A DNA stretch of 54,305 nucleotides, from NCBI GenBank assembly GCA_044351575.1, contig JBILFN010000001.1, positions 1 to 54,305 of the forward strand, read 5' to 3'. This DNA comes from Chitinophagaceae bacterium. Its GTDB lineage: Bacteria > Bacteroidota > Bacteroidia > Chitinophagales > Chitinophagaceae. Both the position numbers and the translations under genes were made by a program. This document shows positions 1 through 8,283 of the stretch, piece after piece; position 1 is the first letter of the stretch; each line of letters begins with the position of its first letter. The notes beneath the pieces were generated by a model. That model saw only the letters and a list, made by a program, of their open reading frames with translations, did no database searches and was not told the origin of the DNA.

Positions 1-53
1 AAGCCCGGTCAGTGATCGGGGCCGTGCAGTAATTGCACCATTCGAATTACGCT

Positions 54-1076
54 ATGAAAAAAACTCGTTTTTTATTTTCTTCGGGCGTTACCGATTGCTA
101 CTTTGAGGGGGCCTTTGGTCAACTCGGAAAGCTCGCCGACAGGGCCAACACTATCGTTGTGACGGATCAACATGTCTACCGGCATCATCGTTCGCTGTTT
201 GCCGGTTGGAACACTATTGTACTACGGGCAGGAGAGGAGTATAAGGTGCAAGCCACCGTAGACGCACTCATACAACAACTGATCTCATTAAAGGCCGATC
301 GCTCTACCACGCTGGTGGGCGTAGGCGGAGGCGTAGTTACCGATCTGGTGGGGTATACGGCCGCCATTTATTTGCGGGGCATTCGGTTCGGTTTTGTGCC
401 CACCACCTTGCTGGCCATGGTCGACGCCGCCATTGGAGGAAAGAATGGGGTAGATGTGGGGGTGTATAAAAATATGGCAGGCACCATCCGTATGCCTGCT
501 TTCTTGCTCTACGATGTTTCGTTTTTGTCTACGCTGCCAACGGCAGAATGGCAAAACGGTTTTGCCGAGATCATCAAGCATGCCGCTATCTTGAACGCAA
601 CGCTTTTTGGTACGCTCGAGAAGCGATCGCTGACGTTCTATCAAAATGACCCTGGTGCGCTGCGTGCATTGATCGCTGTGAACGCGAAACTCAAGTACAA
701 CGTGGTACGATCGGATGAGCAAGAAAAGGGCAATAGAAAATGGCTCAACTTTGGTCATACGCTGGGGCATGCGCTCGAGAATCAATACGAGCTCTCTCAC
801 GGCCAGGCGATTTCGCTGGGGATGGTGGCTGCGGCCTCCTTATCGGCCCACTACCTGGGTTTTTCCGAGGTGTCTCGCCTCGAAGCGTTGCTAGATCGAT
901 ATGGATTACCCACCCATGCTGGTTATGACCTTAAAAAAGCACTTTTGGTCTTGGGTATGGATAAGAAAAGGCAATCCGATCGTATCGGTTACATACTCTT
1001 GCAAAAGATCGGAAGGGCTACGGTCCATTCGCTGAGACTCGATCAGCTCGAAAAGCAACTACGAAAACAACAGTGA
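54..1076 (+). CDS. aroB: 3-dehydroquinate synthase
   Basis: Motifs GGGVVTDLVG, PTTLLAMVDAAIGGKNG, LNFGHTLGHALE; ATG at 54 preferred over the TTG at 33. Confidence 0.95.
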   Translation: MKKTRFLFSSGVTDCYFEGAFGQLGKLADRANTIVVTDQHVYRHHRSLFAGWNTIVLRAGEEYKVQATVDALIQQLISLKADRSTTLVGVGGGVVTDLVGYTAAIYLRGIRFGFVPTTLLAMVDAAIGGKNGVDVGVYKNMAGTIRMPAFLLYDVSFLSTLPTAEWQNGFAEIIKHAAILNATLFGTLEKRSLTFYQNDPGALRALIAVNAKLKYNVVRSDEQEKGNRKWLNFGHTLGHALENQYELSHGQAISLGMVAAASLSAHYLGFSEVSRLEALLDRYGLPTHAGYDLKKALLVLGMDKKRQSDRIGYILLQKIGRATVHSLRLDQLEKQLRKQQ

Positions 1077-2425
1077 AAGTAAGTATACATCCCTCACGTG
1101 TGGAGGGCGCCATAAGGGTGCCTGCTTCGAAGAGCGTGATGCAACGCGCTTGTGCCGCAGCGCTGATCCGAAAGGGAAGAACTACATTATATTATTCCGG
1201 ACAATCTGCCGACGATGAGGCAGCGCTTGCTGTGATCGCAGCACTCGGAGCCACGGTACAACAGCAAGGCGACAAGCTTCAGATCGATAGTAAAGGGCTA
1301 TTGTCGGACAGGCCGCTGCTTATTGATTGCGGCGAGTCGGGGTTGGGTATGCGGATGTTTACTCCCATCGCAGCTTGCCTTTCTCATTCGGTTACATTGA
1401 CCGGCAGCGGAAGTTTGCGCAGTCGCCCTATGGATTTCTTCGATCGGGTTTTACCGTTGTTAGGGGTGATGGTCAGTACCACAGATGGAAAATTGCCGAT
1501 CGGAGTGCAGGGCCCTCTTAGGCCCGCCTCGATAGAAATAGATGGTACACTCAGTTCACAATTTTTGACCGGGTTGCTATTTGCCTATGCGGCAGCTGGC
1601 GCTAATGATGTTTCTATAACCGTAAAAGGACTGGTGAGCAAGCCCTACATAGATCTGACACTTTCGGTGCTACGGTCATTTGGATTGCCCTGTCCGGAAA
1701 ACAGGGGGTATGAGGTATTTTATTTTTCGAAAGGCGGTAGCAGGGCAGACAATCAAATAGAGATCGTTGGCCCTGCCGATCGGGTAAAGCGATCTATCGC
1801 CCATCATCCTTCGCCCGAAGATCCACTGTTGTACAGTGTGGAGTCCGATTGGAGCAGCGCTTCATTTTTGTTGGTGGCGGGCGCACTGGCGGGACCGGTG
1901 TCTCTGCGGGGTTTGGATCTACAGTCTTTTCAATCGGACCGCGCCATTTTGCAAGTGCTCGACAGTGCCGGCATATCGGTTGCGACCGATGCAAAAGGAA
2001 TGGTGGTGCACCCTTCCGACATCAATCCATTTGTTTTTGATGCTACAGATTGCCCCGACCTTTTTCCGCCACTTGTAGCCCTGGCTGCGTACGCAAAAGG
2101 AAATTCAATTATCAAAGGAGCGCATCGGTTAAAGCACAAAGAGAGCGATCGTGCGCAAACCTTGGTGCAAGAGTTCGCCAAGATGGGGGTGGTCATACGA
2201 GTAGCTGAAGATGCGTTAGAGGTGTGCGGAGGCGGAGAGGTGCTGGGTGCGAACGTATCCTCTTGCGGCGACCATCGTATTGCGATGGCACTGTCTGTGG
2301 CGGCCTTGCGTGCAAAGGGATCAACCAATCTAGTTGGTGCCGAAGCGATAAAAAAATCGTACCCCTCTTTTTTTGCGGACCTCTCGTTGCTGGGAGCCTC
2401 CTTATCTTTACCTGATTTTAATTGA
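1073..2425 (+). CDS. aroA: 3-phosphoshikimate 1-carboxyvinyltransferase (EPSP synthase)
   Basis: Motifs PASKS, CGESG, SSQF, KESDRA, DHRIAM; GTG start overlaps the aroB stop (GTGA). Confidence 0.95.
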   Translation: MKVSIHPSRVEGAIRVPASKSVMQRACAAALIRKGRTTLYYSGQSADDEAALAVIAALGATVQQQGDKLQIDSKGLLSDRPLLIDCGESGLGMRMFTPIAACLSHSVTLTGSGSLRSRPMDFFDRVLPLLGVMVSTTDGKLPIGVQGPLRPASIEIDGTLSSQFLTGLLFAYAAAGANDVSITVKGLVSKPYIDLTLSVLRSFGLPCPENRGYEVFYFSKGGSRADNQIEIVGPADRVKRSIAHHPSPEDPLLYSVESDWSSASFLLVAGALAGPVSLRGLDLQSFQSDRAILQVLDSAGISVATDAKGMVVHPSDINPFVFDATDCPDLFPPLVALAAYAKGNSIIKGAHRLKHKESDRAQTLVQEFAKMGVVIRVAEDALEVCGGGEVLGANVSSCGDHRIAMALSVAALRAKGSTNLVGAEAIKKSYPSFFADLSLLGASLSLPDFN

Positions 2426-2432
2426 GAAAGAC

Positions 2433-3428
2433 GTGAATACGTTCGGTCAACTTTTTAGTATAAAGATCTTCGGTGAATCGCACGGCGAGTCAGTGGGTAT
2501 TTTGATCGATGGATGCCCGGCGGGTCTTTCGTTGAGCCCAGACGATCTGTTAGCCGATATCGAGCGCAGAAAAGGTGGGCAGCGATTAGGCACCACCCCT
2601 CGTGCCGAAGAAGATCGCCCATATTTTAAAAGTGGTTTGTTTCAAGGAAAGACAACAGGCGCTCCCTTGCTCATCTATTTCGAGAACAAGAATACCCGCA
2701 GCAGCGATTACGAAAAGCAACGAAGCATTCCTCGTCCGGGGCATGCCGATTTTGTGGCTGCCAAAAAGTTCGGTGGTTTCGAAGACTATCGTGGCAGCGG
2801 TCATTTTAGCGGCAGACTTACCTTGCCGCTGGTGGCCGCCGGTGCCATTGCCAAAAAGTTGCTGCGTGCTGTTCAAATCAAAGCCACTCTTATCGAAGTG
2901 GGTGGCCATCCCGATATCGAGCAGGGTATAGCGTATGCCATGGCACAAAACGACAGCGTAGGGGGTATCGTTGAGTGTCGCATCAATGGACTTCCAATAG
3001 GATTGGGAGAGCCCTTTTTCGATGCTACCGAGTCGTTGCTGGCGCATGCTGTTTTTGCTGTTCCTGCCATACGTGGCATAGAATTTGGCACCGGGTTTGC
3101 CGCATCCAAACTATTGGGCAGCCAACATAATGATGCGATCGAAGACAGCACCGGCACCACCCGCACTAACCATGCCGGCGGTATCGTGGGCGGCTTGACC
3201 AACGGAAATGAACTGGTCTTTCGCGTGGCGGTAAAACCAACTTCTTCTACACCTAAAGAGCAACGAAGTTTCAATACACAGCGTGGAGAGCAAGAAGATT
3301 TTGTGATCAACGGACGTCATGATCTTTGCATTGCGCTAAGGGTTCCGGTCGTTATAGAGGCCGTTGCCGCCATTGTGCTGGCCGATCTGATGCTTCGAGA
3401 GCAGCAGATCCCGCGCATTTTGGCATAG
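2433..3428 (+). CDS. aroC: chorismate synthase
   Basis: N-terminal NTFG...FGESHG, PRPGHAD, GGLTNG, GRHDLC; GTG at 2433 is the family-typical start. Confidence 0.95.
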   Translation: MNTFGQLFSIKIFGESHGESVGILIDGCPAGLSLSPDDLLADIERRKGGQRLGTTPRAEEDRPYFKSGLFQGKTTGAPLLIYFENKNTRSSDYEKQRSIPRPGHADFVAAKKFGGFEDYRGSGHFSGRLTLPLVAAGAIAKKLLRAVQIKATLIEVGGHPDIEQGIAYAMAQNDSVGGIVECRINGLPIGLGEPFFDATESLLAHAVFAVPAIRGIEFGTGFAASKLLGSQHNDAIEDSTGTTRTNHAGGIVGGLTNGNELVFRVAVKPTSSTPKEQRSFNTQRGEQEDFVINGRHDLCIALRVPVVIEAVAAIVLADLMLREQQIPRILA

Positions 3429-3433
3429 CTACA

Positions 3434-4150
3434 TTATCGTTCTAATTTTTTAAATGGGATATTGAGCAGCGGAAACCGTGCGCCATCAGGAAGGGAATAG
3501 TGCCACCACTCGGTCTCGAGCGGCATGAATCCTTGCGCCATCATTGCTTCTCTCAATACCCTTCGGTGTTGCAACACCTGGGCCGAAAGGGCGGTAAAAC
3601 TGTGATGTGCGGTGTCAGAAAAATTATCGAAGCCGGTACCCATTTCCAATTCTTGCTGCGTATTCAGGTCGATCAAGGTCAGGTCAACCGCAATGCCCCG
3701 GTTGTGCCCACTGCCTTTGGCGGGGTTGGCTACATAGCGCTCGTCACCGATCATACGCCAAAATAACTCGGTGACACCGAAAGGTCGGTAGGCGTCAAAG
3801 ATCTTCAATCCCCATCCTTTTTGTCGAAGCGAGGCCGCAACCCTCGACAAGGCCTCGGCGGCCGGTTTGCGCAAATAGCAAACCCTAGTTTCGGTCGGGT
3901 ACAGGGCTTGTCCCGTAAAGTTGTTGGCCGTTGCATAGCGAATATCGTAGACCAGTTCCGCCGTGTAGGTTCTCAGCTCGACCAGTTGTTGCTCGGGGTC
4001 ATTACGAACCAGTGCTTTGTACGCCTTTTTTTGATCTATCACGGCTGGTCGCTGGTAGCTTTGTTGGGCCATTGCGGCACAAGACAGCAGTCCGGTCAAC
4101 GATATTGCCAAAAGTCGCAGCAATGGGCCTACAAATCGATACGCAAACAT
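3434..4150 (-). CDS. D-alanyl-D-alanine dipeptidase (peptidase M15D, VanX/DdpX-like) with a predicted signal peptide
   Basis: DIRYATANNFTG, DAYRP, SGHNRGIAVDLTL, MGTGFD, EWWHY zinc-peptidase motifs; hydrophobic N-terminus. Confidence 0.9.
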   Translation of the reverse strand: MFAYRFVGPLLRLLAISLTGLLSCAAMAQQSYQRPAVIDQKKAYKALVRNDPEQQLVELRTYTAELVYDIRYATANNFTGQALYPTETRVCYLRKPAAEALSRVAASLRQKGWGLKIFDAYRPFGVTELFWRMIGDERYVANPAKGSGHNRGIAVDLTLIDLNTQQELEMGTGFDNFSDTAHHSFTALSAQVLQHRRVLREAMMAQGFMPLETEWWHYSLPDGARFPLLNIPFKKLER

Positions 4151-4249
4151 GAGCAGAAAGGTAAGCTCTTCTTCGCTCTTTTAAAAACGGGGTTTTAGGG
4201 GGTCGGGTTTGGCTAAATATTTTTATTTTAACATGTAGATCTTACCCGT

Positions 4250-4257
4250 TATTTTTG
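4250..4257 (+). promoter_or_regulatory. Bacteroidota sigma-70 -7 box (TATTTTTG) upstream of the 4285 gene
   Basis: Match to TAnnTTTG in the AT-rich divergent intergenic region. Confidence 0.5.
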
Positions 4258-4284
4258 TAGGGTATAAACCCAAACTATCTCTCT

Positions 4285-4860
4285 ATGAAGAAGTTCTTTA
4301 ATCTGATCATAGCCGGATGTCTGCTGGTATCTGTGGCACAGGCTCAAAGCGGCAAGTCCATTGGATTTAGCTTTTTTCTGAATGATTTTGCCTCTGCGCA
4401 GCGAATCCGTTCTACCTCATTGAACACCGTGATCAACGAAAAGACCTTTGCACGGATGGCCGAGATGAATTCAGGATTTGCCGTCAACTACTACAAGCAA
4501 ATGCGTGACCGTATGTCGTTCAACGCTATGCTGGGTGTTTCCGGACTCCGTTATCCCATGCCTGGTCGCAACATCACCAAGAATGGTACCCTGCTGGAGT
4601 TCAGTGCTACCCTCAATGCCATGATGACCACCGACGAATATTATGTTCAACCTTACCTGATAATGGGTGTGGGCATGCATAAATTCGATGTTCACTACGG
4701 CGCATTTCTACCTGCCGGTCTGGGACTTAAATTGAATATCCTGGGTGACGCCAGTGTGGTGGTTACCTCTACCTATCGCGTTCCGGTTACCAACGAAACG
4801 GCCAATTATCATTTTCAACATGCCATCGGAATTGCCGCTCCCCTGGGCAAGAAAAAGTAA
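4285..4860 (+). CDS. secreted protein, probable small outer-membrane beta-barrel
   Basis: Signal peptide MKKFFNLIIAGCLLVSVAQA; amphipathic strands such as VQPYLIMGVGM, FLPAGLGLKLN, FQHAIGIAAP; followed by an intrinsic terminator. Confidence 0.6.
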   Translation: MKKFFNLIIAGCLLVSVAQAQSGKSIGFSFFLNDFASAQRIRSTSLNTVINEKTFARMAEMNSGFAVNYYKQMRDRMSFNAMLGVSGLRYPMPGRNITKNGTLLEFSATLNAMMTTDEYYVQPYLIMGVGMHKFDVHYGAFLPAGLGLKLNILGDASVVVTSTYRVPVTNETANYHFQHAIGIAAPLGKKK

Positions 4861-4893
4861 TCCCGAAAACGGTTTCCTTACATATAATTCAGC

Positions 4894-4918
4894 AACCCCG
4901 CCCCGGCGGGGTTTTTTT
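4894..4918 (+). terminator. intrinsic terminator after the 4285 gene
   Basis: AACCCCGC-cccg-GCGGGGTT hairpin followed by a T run. Confidence 0.85.
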
Positions 4919-4931
4919 ATGGTTTTTCCCC

Positions 4932-4939
4932 TACCTTTG
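4932..4939 (+). promoter_or_regulatory. -7 promoter box (TACCTTTG) for fusA
   Basis: Exact TAnnTTTG match between the upstream terminator and the fusA ATG. Confidence 0.7.
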
Positions 4940-4966
4940 CGGCCTTAAAATTCATATTCAACGATC

Positions 4967-7111
4967 ATGGCAGACTTAAAGTATCAACGCAATTTCGGTA
5001 TCGCCGCGCACATCGATGCCGGTAAGACCACTACCACTGAGCGAATTCTTCGCTACACCGGTATGATCCATCGCATTGGAGAGGTGCACGAAGGTGCCGC
5101 TACCACCGACTGGATGGAGCAGGAAAAAGAAAGAGGTATCACCATTACCTCTGCCGCGGTGAGCTGTAAGTGGAACTTTCCTACCGACAAGGGAAAGAAT
5201 ACTGCCGACACCAAGCCTTACTATTTCAACATTATCGATACGCCCGGACACGTGGACTTTACCGTAGAGGTGGAGCGCTCCATGCGTGTGCTGGACGGAC
5301 TCATCGCCTTGTTCTCTGCCGTGGATGGCGTTGAGCCCCAGTCGGAGACCGTATGGCGTCAGGCCAACCGTTACGGTGTTCCCCGCATTGGTTTCGTCAA
5401 TAAGATGGACCGCGCCGGTGCTGACTTTCTGAATGTGGTCAAGCAGGTAAAAGAAATGCTGGGTTCAAAGGCCGTTCCGCTGCAACTTCCCATAGGCGCC
5501 GAAGATAATTTCAAGGGAGTGGTCGACCTGATCAAGATGAAAGGGATCATCTGGCATGCCGAAACTGAGGGGATGACCTTCGATGAGATCGACGTACCCG
5601 CCGACATGGTAGATGAAGCCATGGAGTGGAGAGCGTCTCTCGTAGAGGCTGTTGCCGAATATGATGATACCCTCATGGAGAAATTCTTCGAAGATCCCAA
5701 CAGCATTTCCGAAGCCGAGATTCACGAAGCGATCCGCAAGGCTACGATCGATCTTTCGATCGTTCCTATGATGTGTGGTTCTTCATTTAAGAATAAAGGT
5801 GTGCAAACGGCCCTCGATGCGGTTTGTCGCTACCTGCCTTCTCCTATCGATATTCCCGATACAAAAGGGACCAATCCCGATACTGGCGAGGAGTTGACCC
5901 GTAAGGCCGATCCCAAGGAGCCTTTTGCGGCCCTTGCCTTTAAGATCATGACCGATCCTTTTGTGGGTCGTCTGGCGTTCTTCCGTGCTTACTCCGGTCG
6001 TCTTGATGCCGGTTCGTACGTGCTGAACGTGCGCAGTGGCAAGAAAGAGCGTATCAGTCGTATCATGAAGATGTTCGCCAACAAACAAAATCCAATTGAC
6101 TTTATCGAGGCCGGAGATATCGGGGCTGCGGTTGGTTTTAAAGAGATCAAGACCGGAGATACCCTGTGCGACGAGAACCATCCTATTACACTCGAGAACA
6201 TGTTTATTCCCGAGCCGGTAATTGCGGTAGCCGTAGAACCCAAGACCCAAGCCGACGTAGATAAAATGGGTATGGCCATTGCCAAGCTGGTCGAAGAAGA
6301 TCCTACACTGCGCGTGAATACCGACGAGGAAACCGGTCAAACCATTCTGCGTGGAATGGGAGAGCTGCACCTCGAGATCATCGTAGATCGTATGCGTCGC
6401 GAGTTTAAGGTAGAGGTAAACCAAGGAGCTCCTCAGGTTGCCTATAAAGAAGCATTCGTCAATACGGTCGAGCATCGCGAGACACTCAAGAAGCAAACGG
6501 GTGGTCGCGGTAAGTTTGCCGATATCGTCTTTAATTTAGGTCCAGTCGATGCGGAATGGCAAACTGAGAACCCCGATAAACATTACCAATTTGTCAATGA
6601 TCTTTTCGGAGGGTCCATTCCCCGTGAATTCGTGCCTGCTATTCAGAAAGGATTCGAGCAAGCGATGACAACGGGTGTGCTGGCCAACTATCCTGTGGCG
6701 AACATGAAGATCCGTGTATTCGATGGTAGCTTCCACGCGGTAGACTCCGACTCTATGTCGTTCGAACTTTGTGCCAAGCAGGGATTCCGCGAGGCAGCCC
6801 GCAAAGCCAAGCCGGTATTGCTGGAGCCTATCATGAAAGTAGAAGTGGTAACCCCCGACCAATACATGGGAGATGTAACCGGAGACCTGAACCGTCGCCG
6901 GGGTATGATGGAAGGAATGGACAGCCGCGCCGGTGCCCAGGTTATCAAGGCCAAGGTGCCCCTAAGCGAAATGTTCGGATATGTAACGCAGCTGCGCTCT
7001 CTGAGCTCAGGACGTGCTTCCTCTACCATGGAATTCTCTCACTATGCTCCCGCGCCTAACAACATTGCCGAAGAGGTGATCGCGAAGGTGAAGGGCAAGG
7101 TGAATGCTTAA
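4967..7111 (+). CDS. fusA: elongation factor G
   Basis: [47 protein letters not shown]; 714 aa. Confidence 0.99.
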   Translation: MADLKYQRNFGIAAHIDAGKTTTTERILRYTGMIHRIGEVHEGAATTDWMEQEKERGITITSAAVSCKWNFPTDKGKNTADTKPYYFNIIDTPGHVDFTVEVERSMRVLDGLIALFSAVDGVEPQSETVWRQANRYGVPRIGFVNKMDRAGADFLNVVKQVKEMLGSKAVPLQLPIGAEDNFKGVVDLIKMKGIIWHAETEGMTFDEIDVPADMVDEAMEWRASLVEAVAEYDDTLMEKFFEDPNSISEAEIHEAIRKATIDLSIVPMMCGSSFKNKGVQTALDAVCRYLPSPIDIPDTKGTNPDTGEELTRKADPKEPFAALAFKIMTDPFVGRLAFFRAYSGRLDAGSYVLNVRSGKKERISRIMKMFANKQNPIDFIEAGDIGAAVGFKEIKTGDTLCDENHPITLENMFIPEPVIAVAVEPKTQADVDKMGMAIAKLVEEDPTLRVNTDEETGQTILRGMGELHLEIIVDRMRREFKVEVNQGAPQVAYKEAFVNTVEHRETLKKQTGGRGKFADIVFNLGPVDAEWQTENPDKHYQFVNDLFGGSIPREFVPAIQKGFEQAMTTGVLANYPVANMKIRVFDGSFHAVDSDSMSFELCAKQGFREAARKAKPVLLEPIMKVEVVTPDQYMGDVTGDLNRRRGMMEGMDSRAGAQVIKAKVPLSEMFGYVTQLRSLSSGRASSTMEFSHYAPAPNNIAEEVIAKVKGKVNA

Positions 7112-7132
7112 TCGTACTTTTCACATTAGATC

Positions 7133-7160
7133 AAGACCGCTCTTTGGGCGGTCTTTTTTT
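7133..7160 (+). terminator. intrinsic terminator after fusA
   Basis: AAGACCGC-7 nt loop-GCGGTCTT followed by a T run. Confidence 0.85.
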
Positions 7161-7187
7161 GTGCTCGCCACACTGAACAACGGGGCG

Positions 7188-7290
7188 GGCTCATGGGTGC
7201 GCTTGCCTGGATGTGCAAGGGTCGGCTCGTGGGTGCGCTTGCCTGGATGTGCAAGGGTCGGCTCGTGGGCTCGCTTGCCTGGATGTGCAA
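7188..7290. repeat. 36-bp direct tandem repeat, about 2.9 copies
   Basis: Unit GGCTCGTGGGTGCGCTTGCCTGGATGTGCAAGGGTC at 7188-7223 (1 mismatch), 7224-7259 and 7260-7290 (partial, 2 mismatches); no spacers. Confidence 0.95.
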
Positions 7291-7447
7291 CGGCTAAAAA
7301 TCGAATCGCTCACCTAAGCCGCCGAATTACCGCCTGCCTTTATGCCCGGCCTCGTTTAAAAAATACACGGCGGCTTTTACGGTTCGCTCCTCGATTTTTC
7401 TGGCGCCGTTGTACAAAGGGCTTCGCTTACCCACGAGCCGACCCTTG
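7252..7447 (+). repeat. ~196-nt nested inverted repeat (rod-like hairpin); candidate ncRNA or REPIN/MITE-like element
   Basis: Perfect 18-bp arms 7252-7269/7430-7447, with inner stems 7284-7294/7405-7415, 7296-7304/7391-7399 and 7316-7324/7368-7376. Confidence 0.75.
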
Positions 7448-7616
7448 GCAATTGTAGGAGGGGCTACCTGTGTCATCGAACTTGCGGATGAGGCGCGCGC
7501 TGTGGCCGGCAAATCGAATTATAGCGTTGTTTATCATAGTATTATAATTGGACACTCATTTTTGGTGTGGTCGGTGAGATTCCCTGGCAGGGATCCCGAA
7601 AAATAGCCACTAACTA

Positions 7617-7648
7617 TTTGGCAGATACGGACTTCTCCCTTACCTTTG
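7617..7648 (+). promoter_or_regulatory. Bacteroidota sigma-70 promoter for rpsJ and the S10 cluster
   Basis: -33 TTTG (7617-7620), 20-nt spacer, -7 TACCTTTG (7641-7648). Confidence 0.8.
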
Positions 7649-7677
7649 CATCCCCTAAAGAAAATGGGAAAAACTTC

Positions 7678-7983
7678 ATGTCGCAGCGAATCAGAATAAA
7701 ATTGCAGTCTTACGATCACAATTTGGTAGATAAATCTGCCGATAAGATCGTTAAAACGGTGCGTGGCACCGGTGCCGTGGTAACAGGACCTATTCCTCTG
7801 CCTACTCGTCGCAAGATCTTTACTGTACTGCGTTCGCCGCACGTGAACAAGAAAAGCCGTGAGCAGTTTCAACTGGCCACCCACAAGCGTTTGCTGGACA
7901 TTTACACGTCTACCAGCCGCACGGTGGATGCCCTGAGCAAACTCGATTTGCCCAGTGGTGTAGAAGTTGAGATCAAAGCGTAG
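7678..7983 (+). CDS. rpsJ: 30S ribosomal protein S10
   Basis: [33 protein letters not shown]; family-typical start at ATG 7678. Confidence 0.99.
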   Translation: MSQRIRIKLQSYDHNLVDKSADKIVKTVRGTGAVVTGPIPLPTRRKIFTVLRSPHVNKKSREQFQLATHKRLLDIYTSTSRTVDALSKLDLPSGVEVEIKA

Positions 7984-8283
7984 TTCAGGTCTTTTGCGAT
8001 GCGCGTGTTTCAGTAACACCTGCATCGCTTGCGTAACGAGAGGTCGCATCTCTCCAGCTCTTATAAAAAACAGATTTTGAAAATTGGCCATCTCTCAATT
8101 GATGCTGCGATGCATCATCAAAAAAAGAGCGCTGGCTTTTTAACATAAAACAAGCCATTCAGGGTTTGTTTACTGCCGGTACTTCCCCAGAAAGGAAAAG
8201 GTCGGTGGCAAACGGGGATTGAAGTTCGAATCGCAACCGGTTCGAATTGTCCCAATAACCTTGCAGGCACTAAACCTACGATC
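7984..8283 (+). promoter_or_regulatory. structured rpsJ-rplC spacer, putative cis-regulatory RNA (ribosomal-protein leader)
   Basis: 300 nt with several hairpins, e.g. 7996-8028, a branched domain 8057-8130, 8164-8213 and 8215-8253. Confidence 0.45.

Noticed and set aside
3434-4150. VanX-like gene as a vancomycin-resistance determinant
   Set aside because: No vanH, vanA, vanR or vanS neighbours. M15D dipeptidases are common housekeeping enzymes in Gram-negative bacteria.
7188-7290. 36-bp repeats as a CRISPR array
   Set aside because: The units are directly adjacent with no unique spacers, and there are no cas genes in the window.
7104-7457. 117-aa ORF containing GSWVRLPGCARV repeats
   Set aside because: It runs through the fusA terminator and the hairpin element. 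The peptide repeat follows from the 36-bp unit being a multiple of 3, and there are no recognisable protein features.
7567-7677. N-terminal extensions in the ORF track (rpsJ, rplV, rpmD, rpsA, aroC, ftsK, Mrp, NamZ-like, proline dehydrogenase)
   Set aside because: The extensions overlap promoter boxes or upstream genes, and family-typical N-termini begin at downstream start codons.
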